From: an uncultured Methanosarcinaceae archaeon
GTDB taxonomy: Archaea; Halobacteriota; Methanosarcinia; Methanosarcinales; Methanosarcinaceae
Direction: 5' to 3'
Length of the DNA: 64,000 nucleotides
Assembly (NCBI GenBank): GCA_963721455.1
Contig: CAVRJG010000045.1
Location: forward strand, 32,001 to 96,000
Below, piece after piece: positions 56,026 through 64,000 of the stretch (position 1 is the stretch's first letter; every line of letters starts with the position of its first letter). The translations under genes were made by a program, and so were the position numbers. Below the pieces are notes generated by a model that made no database searches, was not told the origin of the DNA, and worked only from the letters and a program-made list of their open reading frames with translations.

Positions 56026-56670
56026 TTACTCAGGCAAAAGACTCTTCAGATAATCGAGAAGTGCAGCATGATTTTCGAACACAAGATCCGCATGCTGCAC
56101 CTTCTCAGGTTCAAGCATGCTTGCAACCGCAATACAGTAAAGCCCGGCTCTTCTGGCAGCCGTGATACCCAGAGGGGCGTTTTCAATTACAATGCACTCG
56201 TTCTCTGCCAGGTCAAGTTTCTCAAGCGCTTTAAGGTATGGATCAGGATCAGGTTTTCCGCGCTCCAGGTCGCCCCCGGCAATAATAACCTCGAAGCAGC
56301 CTGAAAAAAAATTATTGACAATTTTTTCAACTACATTGCGGTTCGACCCGGAAACCATAGCAAGCCTGAAATGCCGTTTTAATTGCTTGAGGCAGTCCAG
56401 AATACCTTCAAAAGGTTTTATCCGATCAAACTCAAGAGCTTCGCGTTTCTTTTCAGGTAGCTGCTCGAAGTGCCAGGGCTCAGGCTCTTTTCCGGCATTC
56501 TCGAAGATCGATTTAATTAGCCTTTTGTCGTTTGAGCCTTCAAGCTCGTAAATATCTTCCCTGCTGACGGTAATACCTGTTTCCTGAAAGGTTTTAACCC
56601 ATGCTTCGGCCTGAAAACGCATGGAGTCTACAAGAACCCCATCAACATCAAACATAATTGCTTTTAACAT
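56026..56670 (-). CDS. HAD-superfamily phosphatase (beta-PGM-like)
   Basis: FDVDGVLVDS, GKPDPDPY, IENAP.G. Confidence 0.88.
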   Translation of the reverse strand: MLKAIMFDVDGVLVDSMRFQAEAWVKTFQETGITVSREDIYELEGSNDKRLIKSIFENAGKEPEPWHFEQLPEKKREALEFDRIKPFEGILDCLKQLKRHFRLAMVSGSNRNVVEKIVNNFFSGCFEVIIAGGDLERGKPDPDPYLKALEKLDLAENECIVIENAPLGITAARRAGLYCIAVASMLEPEKVQHADLVFENHAALLDYLKSLLPE

Positions 56671-56793
56671 ATATTCAATAGATTGTTATAATCTATAATA
56701 AATATTATGAAAATCAAAGTTCATGAAAATTTCTATATAGAGAGGTATCGGGTTTTATCGAGAGCCAGAGTAATTTTTCTTCACTGGCTTTTT

Positions 56794-56982
56794 TCATTTG
56801 AGATACTTATCGTACAGAAGTCCCCCCAGCCAGTACCCGAGTAAGGCAAAAATGAGAGTGCCTGGAGCGTAGATAGGGAGGTCTGATCCCCGGACCGGAA
56901 ATAATAGATTGAAAAACAAAAGGTAGGAGATCAAGAAGATTAAAAATCCGATTACCTCAACCTGATTTTTTGCTAGTTTCAA
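56794..56982 (-). CDS. Small two-TM membrane protein
   Basis: 62 aa, two hydrophobic segments. Confidence 0.55.
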   Translation of the reverse strand: MKLAKNQVEVIGFLIFLISYLLFFNLLFPVRGSDLPIYAPGTLIFALLGYWLGGLLYDKYLK

Positions 56983-57062
56983 GTTTTACCTGAGCCCCCT
57001 TTTCCCAACCCATAAAATCCCCGAATTTCAGAAGTTCGGCTTATGACGGCGGGTTTCACTTT

Positions 57063-57509
57063 TTACTCTTCCTTCTTTCCTTCTTCGCCTTTCTCGTCCT
57101 CTTCCCCTTCTTTCTTGAAATTAAGAGAAACGGAATTAATGCAGTAGCGCTTCCCGGTTGGCTCAGGCCCGTCTTCAAAGACATGCCCCAGATGGCTTCC
57201 GCAGCGGGAACAGACTATTTCGATCCTGTTCATGAAATAACTGTTGTCTTCTTTGAGCCTGACCCTGTCACTGGAAACCACATCATAGAAACTTGGCCAG
57301 CCGGTTCCGGACTCGAATTTGGTATCGGAAGAAAAGAGTTCCTGCCCGCAGGCAGCACAGGTATAAACTCCTTTTTCCTTGTTATAGTACAGGTTGCCGG
57401 AAAAGGGCTTTTCCGTACCTTTCTGCCGCAGGACCTGATATTGTTCAGGAGTGAGTACTTTTTTCCATTCTTCTTCGGATTTTTCAATCGTGTTCTGTGC
57501 CAGTCGCAA
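57063..57509 (-). CDS. msrB: Peptide-methionine (R)-S-oxide reductase
   Basis: [34 protein letters not shown]. Confidence 0.95.
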   Translation of the reverse strand: MRLAQNTIEKSEEEWKKVLTPEQYQVLRQKGTEKPFSGNLYYNKEKGVYTCAACGQELFSSDTKFESGTGWPSFYDVVSSDRVRLKEDNSYFMNRIEIVCSRCGSHLGHVFEDGPEPTGKRYCINSVSLNFKKEGEEDEKGEEGKKEE

Positions 57510-57710
57510 ACCCCCTTTGTGTATGTAAGTTAGTTGTTTCGGAAATATTATTGTTTCTTCGAATCAGGAAAACTGCTTGCAGAAAACGAAGTCGATGGTA
57601 AAAGTACGTATATGGAAAATAGAATTATAAAGTGAAGAGTATAATTATATAAAATAAATAAAATTTAGCATAAATAATACCATGAATAAAACCTGTTAAT
57701 TTGGGGTGGC

Positions 57711-58160
57711 ATGGAAGAAAATCCGGCGAGAGGAAAGGACCACAGCATAATAACAGCTGCCATTATCTTTTTACTTCTTACGGCGGTCTTTATGGTTATC
57801 ATTATTAAGCGGATTGATTTTGGGAAGTTTACGCTCCCATTTTATCTTATAGTAGCAGGAATGTTTTTCTTTGCCACGGCTATGGAAGCAGAAGGGAAAA
57901 CAGGAGAATGGATTGCTTCCCTGGGCTGGACCCTTAACATGCTCAGCTTCGTCCTTTATTACCAGTATGCAACCGGAAACCAGGAAAGCTGGATCTACAT
58001 CTGGCCGCTGGTTTTTCCTGTAGGAACAGGGTTGGGACAGCTGGGTTACGGAACGGTTAAAGCCAAAAAAGAATCCTTTGAGCGTGGAAAAGTTCTCATC
58101 CAGATAGGGTTTGGGCTATTTATCCTGATCCTGGTGCTTTTCAAGCTCTTTTTTCAGTAA
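57711..58160 (+). CDS. Hypothetical membrane protein
   Basis: 149 aa, about five hydrophobic segments. Confidence 0.7.
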   Translation: MEENPARGKDHSIITAAIIFLLLTAVFMVIIIKRIDFGKFTLPFYLIVAGMFFFATAMEAEGKTGEWIASLGWTLNMLSFVLYYQYATGNQESWIYIWPLVFPVGTGLGQLGYGTVKAKKESFERGKVLIQIGFGLFILILVLFKLFFQ

Positions 58161-59362
58161 AGTTACTCTTTCGGGATTTACTCGTGCCTGAGTGAGTCAA
58201 CAGGCTTCATTTTTGCGGCTTTCCTTGCCGGGTAGACCCCTGATACAAAACCTACCATAACAGCCACGAAGAATCCGGCTGCTATAAGGCTGAAAGGAAA
58301 TACGACAGGCAGTTTGAGAAAGGTTTCAACGCCGTACGCACCGGCAATTCCTACTGTGCTTCCGAGGACGCCCCCGAAGACTCCGAGCAGGATTGACTCG
58401 ACCATGAAAAGGAACAGGATATCAAAACCTGTAAAACCCAGGGACTTGAGCACTCCTATCTCCCTTGTCCTTTCTGTCACGCTTACAAGCATGATATTCA
58501 TGATCCCTATCGAGCCGACAAGGAGAGAAATCAGGGCAACGGCTGTCAGAAAAGAACTGAGGGCTGCCGCCATCATATCAGTTTGTTTCAAAATCTCAGC
58601 CTGATTGATGAGGACATAAGGGCGCGACTCTTTATCTGCAAGTTCCCTTTCGGAAATCCCGAAGCTTCGGGCAAGGCGCTCGTCTACTTCGTCTGAGGTC
58701 TCCTGAACTGTCACAGGGTCTTCAGCCATTGCAAAAACACCCCCATAGTCCTTTTCGCCAAGAATCTCGTTCATGACATCGATAGGGATCAGGACAGCCT
58801 CATTATCGTCGTAAGCCTGGACAACGGTATTTTCCGGGTTCTGGATTATTGCCTTAACCTTGAAGGTCTTTGTAACTTTTTCTTCTTCTCCGACCCTGAA
58901 GGTTATGTTTATGGAGTTCCGGACCGAAATATTCCGGCCGAACTTCTCATTTGCAACCTTGTGGCCTATAACCGCCACGTACCCGTCATTGTCATTAATA
59001 AAGGTCCCCTTCTGAAGTTTTGTATTTGCCACCTCATCGTAGGCTTCTCCGATCCCGCTTACCATAATATTTTTGGTTTCGGACATGTACGTAACTTCTG
59101 CACTTTGCGTTTTTAAAGGAGAAATCCCCAGAACCCCTGGTGTATTTTCAACGGTCTTCAGCTCATTGTCGTAAAAAAGCTTTGGCTGCATCCCCTGGAT
59201 AAAAATGAAATTCGACCCGAGATTGGTTACCTCATTCGTAAAGTGCTGGTTGAAACTTGCCCCAAGGGACACATTCGCAATCACAGCTGCGACCCCTATG
59301 ACGATTCCAAGCACTGTAAGGGTTGAACGCAGCTTTGCACTTTTAATGCTTCCAAGCGCTAG

Positions 59363-60615
59363 TGCATCGATTCCATACTTCTTGAATAAAAATTAATATA
59401 ATACTTTAATTATAATAATATTTATGGGTCGTATAAGCCGCCGTTCCAAGTTATCACTTACTAGAGAAGAAGAAGATTACTTGATTAAGTTAAGTAATTC
59501 CAGAAGTCAATCAGCAAGCCTTGTTGAACGAGCTAAAATTGTGCTTTTAAGTGTTCAGGGAATAAACGATACTGAAATCTCTCTGGAATTAAACGTTGCT
59601 TACAATACCGTAAGAACTCGAATACAAAGAGTTTTGGATTTTGGAGTTAGAGAAAGCCTGAAGGACAAAAAAGGAGGTGGAAGACCAAGAACTATTACAG
59701 ACGAATCTCGTGCATGGATGATCAAGATTGCATGTATGAAACCAAAAGATTTTGGGTATCCACATGAAATATGGACACAGAGACTCTTAACTAAATATGT
59801 GCAGAAAAACTGTGTCAAGGAAGGACATCCTGAATTATCAAAGATAAGTCAGGGAACGATTTCAAAAATCTTGAACGCAAGTAGCATAAAACCACATAAA
59901 ATCAAGTATTACACCGCCAAAGTGGACCCAGATTTTGATGAAAAGGCAACGAAAGTTTTGGGCACATATAAAGAAGTTAAAAAACTAAAAAAAAAATTAA
60001 AAAAAAGAAAACGTTAGATAGAGCAATATTTTCATGTGATGAAAAAACAGGTATTCAAGCTATTGGGAATAAGTATCCAGATCTGATGCCAGTAGAAGGA
60101 AAATATCCTAAGATGGCAAGGGATCATGAGTATATTAGACATGGTACTCTTTCATTATTTGCTTGTACTGATCTGATTACTGGGAAAGTTCATCACAAAG
60201 TTTTTGAAAAAAATAGAAGTCGTGAGTTTATTGAGATTTTGAAAGAAATAATTTCAGATTACCAGGATACAAAAATAGTCGTGATTCTTGATAACTACAT
60301 AATACACATATCAGAAGAAACTAAAAAATATCTAAGTACCTTGGAAAAGGGAAAGTTAAAGTTCGTATTCACACCAATACATGGAAGCTGGTTGAATATT
60401 ATTGAAAGTTTCTTCAGCAAAATGATTAGAAGCTTTTTAAGGGCAATAAGAGTAGAATCTGTAGAGGAATTGAAGGATAGGATTGCTCAATACATAAATT
60501 TACTCAATGAGGAACCTGTGATATTTATGTGGAAATATAAAGTTGAAGAAAAAGATAAGATTCCTGGTGGAATTGCGATATGAAAAAAATATGCAATTAA
60601 TTTGGAATCGATGCA
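59363..60615 (+). mobile_element. IS630-family element, full length
   Basis: TIR TGCATCGATTCCA / TGGAATCGATGCA; CTAG duplicated on both sides. Confidence 0.93.
59424..60583 (+). CDS. IS630 transposase in two overlapping frames (likely -1 frameshift)
   Basis: orfA HTH (GRPR, WT...L); -1 frame has SCDEKTGIQA, ILDN, SWLNIIESFF; A-runs at ~59987-60006. Confidence 0.85.
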
Positions 60616-60850
60616 CTAGTTTTCCTGCACTGAAAAAGGGGATCATGGCTGAAGACTCCGTTTTACAGATTTTATGGGGGAAGGATAAAATTAAGAATTA
60701 AGATGAAAACTGATTTCCCTTAAACTTTCTTTAAATGAATACATCAAACATATAAATTCTGCTAAAGAGGAGAATATCGCTCCTGAGTAAAGAAGAACCT
60801 TTCCACGATTTAAATTGGAAATTTCTTGTTGCAGAATAGAAATATTCATA

Positions 60851-61040
60851 TTTAACCGAAGTAAACGATCTGGCCTTCGGGCAGCCTGCTGAAGGAAAAC
60901 TCGTTGAAAACCTCAGGAAAAACCCGAAATTTATCCCTGAACTTTCGCTTGTAGCTGAAGTTGGTGGGAAAAATAGCTGGTCATATTCTATTTTTCCCTG
61001 TAATAATCAAACCAGCGGCAGGAAAGAAAGAAATTCAGAG
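60851..61040 (+). pseudogene. GNAT N-acetyltransferase fragment
   Basis: VNDLAFGQPAEGKLVENLRK...ELSLVAE.GGK then frameshift to IAGHILFFP; start and C-terminus missing. Confidence 0.65.
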
Positions 61041-61658
61041 AGAAATAGTCAGGCTTGACTCGGCTCTTCTGAACTCAGGACCGGGAAGATTAGAAGTCGA
61101 GATCAATTTCCCGAAATCCCTTGCTTTTTCCAGAAGCTGGGGCCTGAAGGAAACTTCAAGCTTATCCGTGCCTGCTGCAATGACCGTATCCAGGATATCA
61201 AAGCCCAGATAGTAGAGAATGCCTGCTGTATATTCAAAATACGGTTTGAAGGCATCCCTGTCCGAGCTGCCCTGGGAAAAGACAAGAATCAATTTTTTAT
61301 TATCAAGTCTGCTCGAAAAATTGGGCTTTAAGAAGGCTGTCAGGCGGTCAACAAATATTTTAGTTTGGGCAGTCATCTGCCACATGTAGACAGGAGAGCC
61401 GAGTACAACAGTGTCTGCAGTCTGGATTTCCTGATAAAGTTTTTGCATATCATCGTCTATAATACAGCAGCCTGATTCCTGGCACCTCAGGCAGGCATCA
61501 CAGCCTTTAATATTTAGAGAAGCCAGATTGTAAATAACTTTATCTGCGCCGTTTTCAGCAGCTCCGTCAAGAATAGCGTTCACAAGCTTCGCAGTGTTTC
61601 CGTTAATATTAGGACTACCCACCAATCCAAGAATTTTAATGCTAGAACCCCCGTTCAA
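61035..61658 (-). CDS. Iron-sulfur flavoprotein (flavodoxin-fold, Isf-like)
   Basis: GSP...GNT, C..C..C....C...DDM, GSPVY. Confidence 0.85.
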   Translation of the reverse strand: MNGGSSIKILGLVGSPNINGNTAKLVNAILDGAAENGADKVIYNLASLNIKGCDACLRCQESGCCIIDDDMQKLYQEIQTADTVVLGSPVYMWQMTAQTKIFVDRLTAFLKPNFSSRLDNKKLILVFSQGSSDRDAFKPYFEYTAGILYYLGFDILDTVIAAGTDKLEVSFRPQLLEKARDFGKLISTSNLPGPEFRRAESSLTISL

Positions 61659-61926
61659 ACGTTTAAAAAGTTAGAGTTTTAATCAAAAGTAAACAAAAGT
61701 ATAAATGACCGATCAGCATAAAAATGTTTCTCTTGTTTAAAAAAGTTAGTAAGTTGTATTAAAAAGCCCGCGAAGAAAAGGAAAAAGAAGAAAGAAAAAG
61801 GAAATTAAAACGGAAAAAAGACTGGAAAGCAGAAAAAAATTAAAAAGGAGAAGAAAATAAAGAATTTCCTTCAAAACCGGAAAAACTGTTTTCTCGTTCT
61901 CCTTTTCTTTTTCTCCGGTTTTTTAT

Positions 61927-64000
61927 TTAATTTCTCTTTACTTTCAAAAGGGCGAAGGCCCCAAGCCCTGCAACAAATACCGAGAGTGCCTCGAATCCGG
62001 GAATTGGAGACTTCTTCTCTTCTGGCCCTGCTTTCAGAGGCAGTGCTGTATAGTTATCGTAATTGGAAATAGAAACCCCAAGAAAAGCAGAATCGTTTGA
62101 ATAATAATCTGCGAGGCCAGCAAAGAGTTCCTGTATTGAAACTTTATCTTTAAAGCCTTCTTCCACAGAGATTTCTATTATCCCTCTGGAACCTGCACCT
62201 CTTATCTCCCCCATCTCGAGGGCAATTGCATCAACAATACCTGGCACGGAGTTAAGCTCTTCAGGTTCCCCGGAATACGCTCTAATAATGAAAGAATCGA
62301 CAAAAGGAGCGATTTTTTCAATCTGCGACGCGGTATAATTAAGCGGAAGACTTGCTGAGATTGATATGTTTCCTCCGGCTCCTTGATGCCCGGTCTCAAA
62401 AAGTTTTTCATAATCAACGTCGCTTTCTTCTGGAGAGGGTTTTACGTAAATATCGATTCCGTCAAAGGGTGCAAGGGACTTTCCATTATAATCAAGTACA
62501 GTGTTCAGGGATGCCTGACAGGCGTCTTCACCCCCTTTTTCTGTGCAGTTCAGGTCTTCCAGAATCACGGCATGTACGGAGATTCCGTTTTCATGGGCCG
62601 TTTTCACAAAGCGCTCGGATTGCCATACATCTTCGCTGTTCACACTGAGGAAAATGGTGTTTATGCGTGAGGAATTAAGTTCTTTTACAAGGGCAGGGAA
62701 ATCGACCCCGTATGAGGAAGAGAGTTTAATTCCGGAAATACCGACATCGTATTCAGGGAACACTTCCGGGGTACCTGCCTCCTCCTGGCTCAGGTTTTCC
62801 TGTGCCTGCGCAACCCTCCCGGAATTAGAGGTTTCGGAATTCAGCTCAGATCCGGGCGTGGCTTGAGGTTCGGAAACAACCTTCGGTTCAGAAATGACCT
62901 CAGATTTGGAAATATTTTCAGAGATGTTTTCAGAAAGGTCTTCCGCAGAAACTTCGGGTTCTGCCTTAGTTGAGATTACTCTGGCCGTGGGTTCGGTTTC
63001 GACAAATTTGCGAACCAGGACGTAGTCAACTGCCATATACCCTGTATTCTTCGAGGCGTCCTGGTAGGAAGCAGCATACAGGTAAATGTGCATTGGGAAA
63101 TTGGTGATATAATCATTTGAGGCGAAGTCCATTCTTGAGTCTCGCACACCGTTTTTAAACCAGGCTACCTTGCGGGTATCGTTTTCCTCATACCAGGCGA
63201 CCCCTGAGACATACCATTCCCCTTCGGGAACATTGACGTCAGTGAGATCAAAGAGGTTATGCCTTTCCTTCCTGTAAGCTGTTTCCCAGCCCACACGGCT
63301 TTCATTGGCAAGCTCGGTCTTATGCTTTATGTCGTTTTTTCTGCTGTCTACCTGGTCTATGAAACCCTGCCACAGCAGAGGCCCTCTATTATCCGTGCCT
63401 GTGGTAACTTTCATTCTCTTGACCACAAAAATAGAATTGATGTTAAAACTGCCTTTGCTGTAGATCATAGAGGAGTCATAAGCATGAACTTTGGGGGCTG
63501 CAATGGTACAGTTCCCATTATTAACATCAACCATGCCACCGCCTGCACTTTCAGCGTTCCAATCAAGTCCGTTGAGGTTACTACCATCAAAATTATCGAA
63601 AAAATCAAATGTATTTTCCCCACTGCTTGCAGCCGTAGCCCCAGGATTTCCATATCTCATGAGGATTTTACGGGTTCCGTTTGCAGGGAGCGACGGAATT
63701 TTGACCCAGATAACAGCTTCCTTATTTTCAGGGTCCCACTTCTCAATCCAGTAATTGAGCGTTTTATCCCCGGAGGAGAATCGAAGGTCTGAGCCATCAC
63801 TTTTTGCCATTGAAAAATTAAAATTCGAAGAGTTCAAACCGACAGGGACAGGGTATTCTGTCAGAATTTTACCGGCATTCTCAGTAATGACAATTTCCCG
63901 GGAGTTATTCCATGAGTTATCATTTGCGGACAGATTCCACTTGTCATCCGTGCTAGCCAGGGCGCAGCCTGTGAATAAAAATATCAAAAAAACAGAAACA
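61927..64000 (-). CDS. DUF2341 domain surface protein with PGF-CTERM (5' end may lie beyond window)
   Basis: DGSDLRF, YWIE.W, WVKIP, YGN...F.FFDNF; C-terminal IPGF-TM-KVKRN. Confidence 0.8.
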   Translation of the reverse strand, partial: VSVFLIFLFTGCALASTDDKWNLSANDNSWNNSREIVITENAGKILTEYPVPVGLNSSNFNFSMAKSDGSDLRFSSGDKTLNYWIEKWDPENKEAVIWVKIPSLPANGTRKILMRYGNPGATAASSGENTFDFFDNFDGSNLNGLDWNAESAGGGMVDVNNGNCTIAAPKVHAYDSSMIYSKGSFNINSIFVVKRMKVTTGTDNRGPLLWQGFIDQVDSRKNDIKHKTELANESRVGWETAYRKERHNLFDLTDVNVPEGEWYVSGVAWYEENDTRKVAWFKNGVRDSRMDFASNDYITNFPMHIYLYAASYQDASKNTGYMAVDYVLVRKFVETEPTARVISTKAEPEVSAEDLSENISENISKSEVISEPKVVSEPQATPGSELNSETSNSGRVAQAQENLSQEEAGTPEVFPEYDVGISGIKLSSSYGVDFPALVKELNSSRINTIFLSVNSEDVWQSERFVKTAHENGISVHAVILEDLNCTEKGGEDACQASLNTVLDYNGKSLAPFDGIDIYVKPSPEESDVDYEKLFETGHQGAGGNISISASLPLNYTASQIEKIAPFVDSFIIRAYSGEPEELNSVPGIVDAIALEMGEIRGAGSRGIIEISVEEGFKDKVSIQELFAGLADYYSNDSAFLGVSISNYDNYTALPLKAGPEEKKSPIPGFEALSVFVAGLGAFALLKVKRN

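Larger units (their letters stand above)
58178..60646 (-). pseudogene. MacB/FtsX-type ABC permease interrupted by IS630 near its 5' end
   Basis: MIPFFSAGKLA (60646) joins LGSIKSAKLRSTLTVLGIVIG when the IS is removed; VGSIGIMNIMLVSVTERTREIG, YPARKAAKMKP. Confidence 0.88.

Noticed and set aside
60015-60017. Pyrrolysine readthrough of the IS630 orfA TAG
   Set aside because: DDE domain is in the -1 frame; readthrough reaches a TGA soon after

Overview
Methanogenic archaeal chromosome, most likely Methanosarcina (inferred from mtaCB with Msr-type regulators, TFB, the archaeal mevalonate cluster and PGF-CTERM surface proteins). 1-21.5 kb is core genome: serA 3' end, a pyruvate/indolepyruvate decarboxylase with a group II intron 3' end (DV+DVI) just downstream, rpl18e-rpl13-rps9-rpoN-tRNA-Pro-rpoK-rps2-MEMO1-mvk-ipk-fni-rnj-GGPPS, ppdK, gar1-tfb-LysE-trm5 and tRNA-Thr. 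About 21.5-46.9 kb is a decaying accessory island starting at tRNA-Thr. It holds integrase remnants, IS481/IS256/IS630, several MITEs, frameshifted surface proteins, an IS-split erythromycin-esterase-like gene, a ParB-like gene beside an iteron-like array, and a five-gene protease cluster (ulilysin-type M43, an unknown 109-aa protein, M28, papain-like C1A, chagasin I42). That cluster is the best candidate for an undescribed system. 47-64 kb holds a SWIM protein, ferredoxin, UDG-like glycosylase, two ArsR-type regulators divergent from mtaC-mtaB, HAD, MsrB, an IS630-disrupted ABC permease, an Fe-S flavoprotein and a DUF2341 surface protein. All calls come from reading motifs by eye; no database searches were run.
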